50,106 bases of DNA, from IMG/VR virus record IMGVR_UViG_3300043707_000032, positions 1 through 50,106 of that record; one strand, written 5' to 3'. Position 1 is the first letter of the stretch. Every line of letters starts with the position of its first letter. This DNA comes from a virus (Duplodnaviria > Caudoviricetes). This document shows positions 44,192-50,106 of the stretch, piece after piece. The notes below the pieces were generated by a model. That model searched no databases and was not told the origin of the DNA. It saw nothing but the letters and a program-made list of their open reading frames with translations. Position numbers and translations under genes: made by a program.

Positions 44192-47100
44192 GGAAGTTTC
44201 TCTGGTTGTTGGTGTTACTAGCGAGCACGGGGGCTTGGGCGCAGTTCACTCAGGTCAGTGGACAAGTTGTGGACAGTGCAGGCCGGATCTATGCCAACTG
44301 CACTTACAGCGTAGCCTTCCAAAACCAGAACACCACCCCAGGAGCCCCTCCACCGAACCTGGGCGGCTCGCCTTTCCAGACTCAGATCAACGGGCAGGCC
44401 TGCGACTCGAACGGCAACCTGTCGGTGAGGCTGGCAGACAACAACCAAGTGCAGCCACAGCCCAGCCAGTGGCGTTTCTCGATCTGCAGCCAGCCCTACA
44501 CCAACCCCACCGCCACCTACTGCTTCAACTGGACAGGCACCATCACCGGCTCGACCATGGACATTGGTTCCCAGCTGACGGCAGTAGCCCCACCACTGCC
44601 ACCTCCGGGTCAGGGGCAGCCAGTGGTACCAGGTGGGACAGATGGGGCCATCCAGTGGAACGAAGCTGGCCGGTTTGGGGGCATTCAACCTGGCCCGATC
44701 GGCACCGTGCTGACTTCGACTGGGCCTAACAACCAAGCAGCCTTTGAGGTGCCGACCGGAGGGCCTGGGGGCCCCGGGGGTCCGGGTGGTAGTGGCACTT
44801 ATGTTGTCAACGTAGAGGACTATGGAGCCACCGGCAATGGAGTAACTGACGATACGGCAGCCCTAAAGAACGCCTTCGCCTCTGCCAGCTCCACCCAGCA
44901 TTGTGTCTACATCCCTGCTGGTGAGTACAACTTCAACGACACCCTAACGCTTACCGGGGGCCCCGGGACGTCGAATTGCATTCGTGGGGATGGCATGTAC
45001 GCCTCCCAGCTGCACTGGATGGGCAACGATCCCACCAAGCCAGCCATAGCAATCTCCACCGGGGGAGGAACCTACTCTGACTTTTCCGTGATGCAGGGTG
45101 GTCTCAGCGGCCATGACTGGCAGGTAGGCATTTCTTACGGCTACACCTTCGCTACGCTGTCAAAGTTCACCAGTGTAGCCTCTCAGTGTGGAGGCTATGG
45201 CAACCAAAACCTGGGCGATGCCATGTGGCTGGCGGGTCAGGCTACCAGCAATGGCCAAGCCGATCAAGTTTCGCTCGATCGGGTGGTGCTGGACTTTTGC
45301 TCGAATGGCAGCGGCCTGGTCAACTGGTCGCAGAACGCCGTCGACATCAACCTCTACAACACCACCGTCTTCTACAACCACATTGGCCTGAGCAACAGCA
45401 ACAGCGGCAACGTCAACGTCTACGGTGGGACGTGGATCTCGTTGGACCTGGCCATCTCCACAGCCGGTGGTCCGGCACAGCTGTTTAGCGGAGTCCGGGC
45501 AGAGAGCATGAAGCGTCTGCTATGGACTCCGGGAGGCACTTGGGTTAAGCCTACGACCATCTCAAACTTCACCGCCGCCATTGCTTGGGAAACCAAGCGG
45601 GCCACCTCAACCGGCGTTGTCACCAGTTCTGCCGCCAAGACAATAACCGTCCCAGTTCAGTTGGGAAGAAGGCCAGGAGTCGATCCCGGCTGGGTAGAAG
45701 GCGATCAGGCAATTCTCTGGATATCTCCCACCCAAGCAATGCAAATACCGATCACAGGGTGGAGCAACAAAGGTGGAACGCTGACCACCACCGGGACGAT
45801 ACCCGACTCGACCAACGCCCTGCTGGTCTCACCGTCAAGCTGCACGGTGAACACCACGGCAGGGTCAAACGCCATCACCATCAATGGTGATCCGTGCATT
45901 TACGCCAACGCTTGTATTGTTGGAGCAGGCGTAGGGGGCAGCGATTGGTGCTCCTACGCTTTTGCCTACGACTCTCAAACCTCCGGGCACTTCCAGCCTG
46001 GCAGTTCGGTAGCTGGAGCCACGGTCACGAATGCTCAGGTGTATGTCTCGACGAATCATTGGGGGCAGTGTCAGGTAGCGCTTCCGGCCAGCGGGCCTTT
46101 CGTCGTCCAGAACAGCTACCTGGGTGGAACTGGCAGTCACTTCCAATGGTGTGGAGGAGGCACAGTCACCTTCGAAGGGAACATGTTCCCAGACAATGCT
46201 CCTAACCCGCTGTGGTATGTGAACGCCAACCTGCCACCTGACATCAACTGGCGTAACAACGTCACGAACTATGGTGCCTACAATTTAGGGGCTGGCAATG
46301 TGCAGCCCAAGATGGCCAACCGTGACGTCACCAACCAGGTGCAGGACGTCAGTGTTTACAACGTCAAGTCTGACGGTCGGGTGATGAACTGCACCGCCAC
46401 GGCAGGCTCGACAACTGTGACCTGCGGTAACGGTGCCTTTAATGCTTCCGATGTTGGGAGGCTGATGCTTCTGTTCGGCAATGTAGGCAACTACACTGGG
46501 CAAGTAAGGATGGGCACCTTTGCCACTCCGCCAACGCCAACCTACGTTCCCATGACAGTGGCAGGATGCCCAGGCTGCACAAGTAGCGGACCGCAGGACA
46601 GCGTCAATCCCATCGCACCTGTACAGTTCATCGACACCGGGGATGGTTGTTCGACCAAGCCTCAAGGGACGGCTACGCTAGGAGCGGCGATAACCAACAC
46701 TTCAGGCGGTCAGAGCCTGACAGTGACCTTGGCCGCTGGCTCCACCATGACGTTTGCGAACGGCGACCACTTTCTCATCGACAATGATGAGTTTTACGTC
46801 TTCGGGGCACCCACTAACCAGGGCAGCTTCACTGCTCGTCGCATTCCTGTGACGGGCCCGACCCATGCAGTGGGGGCTCCGATCAGGGGAGTTTGGTCGA
46901 TCGGCTCAGCTCCCTATGCCTGGGTCACCCTGGACGCTAACGGTATCCCGGTCACAGGCAGCCCAATCGTCTTCCGTGACGAAGTGTTCCTAGGGGACGG
47001 ATGTACTCGTCCCCCGACCGTAGGCACTGTCCTCAATGTAAATGGCACAGTGCAGTTCACGGGCGGCACGATGATCCGGGGGGACTGGCCAACGGTGATC

Positions 47101-49443
47101 ACCGCCGTCACCAGCGCCACCACAGTGACCGTAGCTGATGCTCCACCGGCAGCCGGGAATGCCGTCACCGTTGTGGGTACTGACGATCACGATGCCTGGC
47201 AACAAGCGTGTAATTCCCGGGGTGGATACGGTGATTTCACCTTTCGAGGCACATCACTGGTGAGTCGTGGCTTCCAGTGCAACAATGCCAATCTTCACTT
47301 ATCCGGCTCAGGCCAAAACGCCCATGTGGGAGATCCCAACGGGTCTGTGATCGTGTACGCAGGCAAAGGTGATGTCCAAAAAGATGCCAGAGGTCATGAT
47401 TGGATCATCCAACCCAATCAAGGTTATGGGGTAAGGCTCAGCCGCTTCGGTCTGGTGGGGAACACGCAAGCCAGGCCTTATGGCATCTTTCTGGGCTTTG
47501 GTATGCCGGGAGACGCTGGAGCGGGGATCGCCCAGCAAGGCATCTTCGACCAGCTGTGGATCGGCTGGGACTGGGGTGACCCACAGCCTGGAGGCGTAGC
47601 CGCAGGATACAGCCTGCAGAGCTGCATCTATGCCGGGGGGCCTAGCGGCAACGTCGACTTCAATACCGTTAGTAACGTCTACTGCTACAACGCAGAGGTG
47701 GGATTTGATGGGCGCTGGACGCAGGCCGTGCTGTGGAAGATGAACAAGATCTCGGTGGAGCATTCGAACATCGGGTTTGCCTGTTGGGCTGGCTTCTCCT
47801 CAGTCGAAGACTATTACACCGAGCGCAACCGGTTGGATATCATGCTAGGCAGTCCAACCTCAATCCCTGGCGATCCGGTCACTGCTTGTGGTGGGTTCCA
47901 GTATGGACCGATGACCTATGGTGGCGAGTCATCGTCGATGATGCTCGACATATCACCTCTTTCGGCAACCAGCAGTGCAAACATTTCTGGTGGGATAGGG
48001 CTCATGATCAATTCTCAGGGCCCTCCCTACGGACGTGAGCCAAACATCAACCCCTCTCTGAACATGGTCGACGTCAGTCGTGCAACCTACAACTTCAGCT
48101 GGAACTCCACCATGCCTGCTCCGAACGGTCGTCAGACCTATGTCTTGTTGCCACCGGGCGGGTCGAATGGTACCTCGTTAAGTTTGACTGCTGTTCCTCC
48201 GGAAGCCATAAGGTACGCTCCAGGTGGTACGTCATCATTAGCTAATGCTAGCTATGATCTTTACGGTAATCTAGTAAGACCAACCTTCAGCATGAAATTT
48301 GGTGATGGTACAGGTGCTCTGGCTGAGGTGAACGCCATGACCAACGGCACCTTCGGCCCAGGTTTAAGTCAGCCCAATGGGTTGCGGATGGGCAACTGGA
48401 ACTCAACTATTCTCGAAGACGACAAGTGGTATCAGAAGGTTACTGGCAACGTATGGGTAACCAGTGCTCGACCGCCCGGCCAGACCGATGCCACCGGTGG
48501 AACCGCCGTTTACTGGGTGGGTCTAGCACCCTACTGTCCCGCAGGGAATGGAACGACAGCCTGTCCAGGCCCGACGACCTACAACTACCAGCTAACCTGT
48601 GTCGATGGGCGAGGGCTCGAAACAGCTCCGCTTACGAGTACCTTTCATGGGGCGACTACTGGGACACCTGGAAGCTGGGTTGGCAACCAGTTCGTATTTC
48701 ATACTACCAACACCACGCTCAGTGCCACCACCTACAATCACATGACCTTCCAGCAAATGCGGGGATGTGCTGGCTACAACTTGTACGGCGACAATGGTGT
48801 CGGGGGCACGATTGGCTGGATGGCCTACTTATCGGCCAGCAAGCTGAAAGGGCCGGTATTTGATGACCGTGGTCAGTGGCCAAAGTCCACTCGAGTCCCA
48901 CCAACCGCCACGCAGTCAGGCCTGATGGAGGCCGAACGCATCATCAGCGACACCACCGTCACCACCCAGAATGTAGTCATCAACCCTAACCCGGCCAGTG
49001 TGGTGGCGGCTGCCTTTGCCACTCCCATCATCCCCGACCCCAACAAATCCTTCACCATCCTTAGCCCTAACAGTCTAAGCAGCCTGACCATCCATGTACC
49101 GGATGTTGGCGACCCTGCTATTGAGTCGTCAACGGGTCATGTGAGCATAACCGGGGGAGGTGGTGGAGGGCCGGGTCCAAGCCCTAGCTTGTCGGTTCGC
49201 ACCATGACCGGCAGTGGACCAACGACTGCCACCGATGATGTGATTCTGGCTAACTGCTCATCCGCCTGCACCATCACGGTAGGTGCCTACAACCGGATCG
49301 TGCGGATCAAACGTATCGGCAGTGGTGTGGTTACGATCTCTCCTGCCTCTGGGTCGATCGACGGCTCAACCAGCACCCAGTTGGCACTGAGGTTTCAATC
49401 TTTAAGTGTGGTATTCGATGGCACCAACTTCTGGTTGATCTGA
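44188..49443 (+). CDS. Tailspike/depolymerase-like beta-helix protein with N-terminal signal peptide
   Basis: Pectate_lyase_3-type VNVEDYGATGNGVTDDTAALKNA; second split copy VYNVKSDG...GTDDHDAWQQA; phage tail C-terminal domain ...IDG...SDG(FDG)TNFW; signal MRKFLWLLVLLASTGAWA|Q. Confidence 0.75.
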   Translation: MRKFLWLLVLLASTGAWAQFTQVSGQVVDSAGRIYANCTYSVAFQNQNTTPGAPPPNLGGSPFQTQINGQACDSNGNLSVRLADNNQVQPQPSQWRFSICSQPYTNPTATYCFNWTGTITGSTMDIGSQLTAVAPPLPPPGQGQPVVPGGTDGAIQWNEAGRFGGIQPGPIGTVLTSTGPNNQAAFEVPTGGPGGPGGPGGSGTYVVNVEDYGATGNGVTDDTAALKNAFASASSTQHCVYIPAGEYNFNDTLTLTGGPGTSNCIRGDGMYASQLHWMGNDPTKPAIAISTGGGTYSDFSVMQGGLSGHDWQVGISYGYTFATLSKFTSVASQCGGYGNQNLGDAMWLAGQATSNGQADQVSLDRVVLDFCSNGSGLVNWSQNAVDINLYNTTVFYNHIGLSNSNSGNVNVYGGTWISLDLAISTAGGPAQLFSGVRAESMKRLLWTPGGTWVKPTTISNFTAAIAWETKRATSTGVVTSSAAKTITVPVQLGRRPGVDPGWVEGDQAILWISPTQAMQIPITGWSNKGGTLTTTGTIPDSTNALLVSPSSCTVNTTAGSNAITINGDPCIYANACIVGAGVGGSDWCSYAFAYDSQTSGHFQPGSSVAGATVTNAQVYVSTNHWGQCQVALPASGPFVVQNSYLGGTGSHFQWCGGGTVTFEGNMFPDNAPNPLWYVNANLPPDINWRNNVTNYGAYNLGAGNVQPKMANRDVTNQVQDVSVYNVKSDGRVMNCTATAGSTTVTCGNGAFNASDVGRLMLLFGNVGNYTGQVRMGTFATPPTPTYVPMTVAGCPGCTSSGPQDSVNPIAPVQFIDTGDGCSTKPQGTATLGAAITNTSGGQSLTVTLAAGSTMTFANGDHFLIDNDEFYVFGAPTNQGSFTARRIPVTGPTHAVGAPIRGVWSIGSAPYAWVTLDANGIPVTGSPIVFRDEVFLGDGCTRPPTVGTVLNVNGTVQFTGGTMIRGDWPTVITAVTSATTVTVADAPPAAGNAVTVVGTDDHDAWQQACNSRGGYGDFTFRGTSLVSRGFQCNNANLHLSGSGQNAHVGDPNGSVIVYAGKGDVQKDARGHDWIIQPNQGYGVRLSRFGLVGNTQARPYGIFLGFGMPGDAGAGIAQQGIFDQLWIGWDWGDPQPGGVAAGYSLQSCIYAGGPSGNVDFNTVSNVYCYNAEVGFDGRWTQAVLWKMNKISVEHSNIGFACWAGFSSVEDYYTERNRLDIMLGSPTSIPGDPVTACGGFQYGPMTYGGESSSMMLDISPLSATSSANISGGIGLMINSQGPPYGREPNINPSLNMVDVSRATYNFSWNSTMPAPNGRQTYVLLPPGGSNGTSLSLTAVPPEAIRYAPGGTSSLANASYDLYGNLVRPTFSMKFGDGTGALAEVNAMTNGTFGPGLSQPNGLRMGNWNSTILEDDKWYQKVTGNVWVTSARPPGQTDATGGTAVYWVGLAPYCPAGNGTTACPGPTTYNYQLTCVDGRGLETAPLTSTFHGATTGTPGSWVGNQFVFHTTNTTLSATTYNHMTFQQMRGCAGYNLYGDNGVGGTIGWMAYLSASKLKGPVFDDRGQWPKSTRVPPTATQSGLMEAERIISDTTVTTQNVVINPNPASVVAAAFATPIIPDPNKSFTILSPNSLSSLTIHVPDVGDPAIESSTGHVSITGGGGGGPGPSPSLSVRTMTGSGPTTATDDVILANCSSACTITVGAYNRIVRIKRIGSGVVTISPASGSIDGSTSTQLALRFQSLSVVFDGTNFWLI

Positions 49444-49449
49444 GGACTT

Positions 49450-49833
49450 ATGGCCTACAACCCATTTAACTCCGGCATCTACAACGTCACTCCTCCAACC
49501 CTCTCCAATGGAGAGACAGAGATTGTCCAGTTAGATGTTAATGGTCGCCAGCGAATAGTAGTAATGTCCGCTCGTACTCTTACAACTGGACAAGCTACAC
49601 TTGGGACAACTGCAACCTCGATCATCTCTGCTAACATAAACCGTGTTCGTATTGTCATAACACAAATGTCCACTACACCAGTCTTTATCGGTAGCTCTGC
49701 CGTTACAGCCGCAACTGGAGACTATATACCTGGAATTGTAGGCTACGTTAAAGTGATCCGTGCTAGCACGGCTTTGTCTGGCATCGTTGCCTCTGGTACT
49801 GGTAGCATCAGCTACGCTGAGGAGGCACTGTAA
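49450..49833 (+). CDS. Small beta-rich tail/virion protein
   Basis: 127 aa; VFIGSSAVTAATG motif; SD GAGGA. Confidence 0.65.
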   Translation: MAYNPFNSGIYNVTPPTLSNGETEIVQLDVNGRQRIVVMSARTLTTGQATLGTTATSIISANINRVRIVITQMSTTPVFIGSSAVTAATGDYIPGIVGYVKVIRASTALSGIVASGTGSISYAEEAL

Positions 49834-50106
49834 TGGCGTGGCAGCGCACACCCGGATCAGGATTGTGGCTTCCAACTATATTCGGCAATATCTCCGCAGG
49901 CCATTCGACTTCTCTAACTGCGACTAATCAGTATCTAGGTTTTTATGGTCGTATTGGCTGGTCTGATGGCGCAAGTAGCAAAAATCTACAGGGTGTATCA
50001 TTTCGGTTTACAACAGTAACCAAGGGTAGTGGTTCTATCACAACTCTCAGGGTGTCACTACAAAATATTAATACATCCATTAGTACCCTTCCTCCTACGC
50101 CAGACG
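49833..50106 (+). CDS. Virion-type protein, truncated at window edge
   Basis: TAATG coupling; MAWQRTPGSGLWLPTIFGNISAGH... open to the end of the window. Confidence 0.6.
   Translation, partial: MAWQRTPGSGLWLPTIFGNISAGHSTSLTATNQYLGFYGRIGWSDGASSKNLQGVSFRFTTVTKGSGSITTLRVSLQNINTSISTLPPTPD

Larger units (their letters stand above)
1..50106. mobile_element. Tailed phage (Caudoviricetes, podovirus-like) genome segment
   Basis: Terminase-portal-scaffold-capsid-adaptor-nozzle-ejection protein-tailspike order on +; dense small early genes on -; no tape measure or sheath gene; no host housekeeping genes. Confidence 0.95.

Overview
This window is about 50 kb of a tailed dsDNA phage (or prophage) genome with podovirus-like architecture and no bacterial chromosomal genes. 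The left arm (1-15,130, mostly minus strand) holds early, replication and recombination genes: an SSB-like gene, a Sak4/AAA_24-like ATPase, a Cas4-like PD-(D/E)XK nuclease, an inverted RepA/AAA_25-type helicase, a ParB/DGQHR-like protein, an AAA+ ATPase, C2H2 and HiPIP-like small proteins, and many mini-ORFs. A divergent control region at about 15,130-16,100 contains sigma54-type and sigma70-type promoters, IHF- and DnaA-like boxes and a structured attenuator-like RNA. The right arm (plus strand) runs through a PEP-CTERM surface protein, zinc-finger mini-proteins, large terminase, portal, two HEXXH metallopeptidase paralogs, scaffold, major capsid, four tandem paralogous decoration-like genes, tail adaptor/nozzle, ejection proteins (including a 2179-aa protein with an ART-like motif) and a signal-peptide-bearing tailspike-like protein. 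The most unusual points are: (i) phage proteins addressed to the host Sec and exosortase export machinery; (ii) apparent control by host sigma54/IHF and NrdR sites; (iii) several unannotated structured RNAs; (iv) six Arg-rich protamine-like peptides scattered through the virion operon. No integrase, lysis genes, polymerase, tRNA or CRISPR array was recognised. A PEP-CTERM/exosortase-bearing diderm host such as Acidobacteriota is an inference only. All family calls come from motifs recognised by eye, not from database searches.
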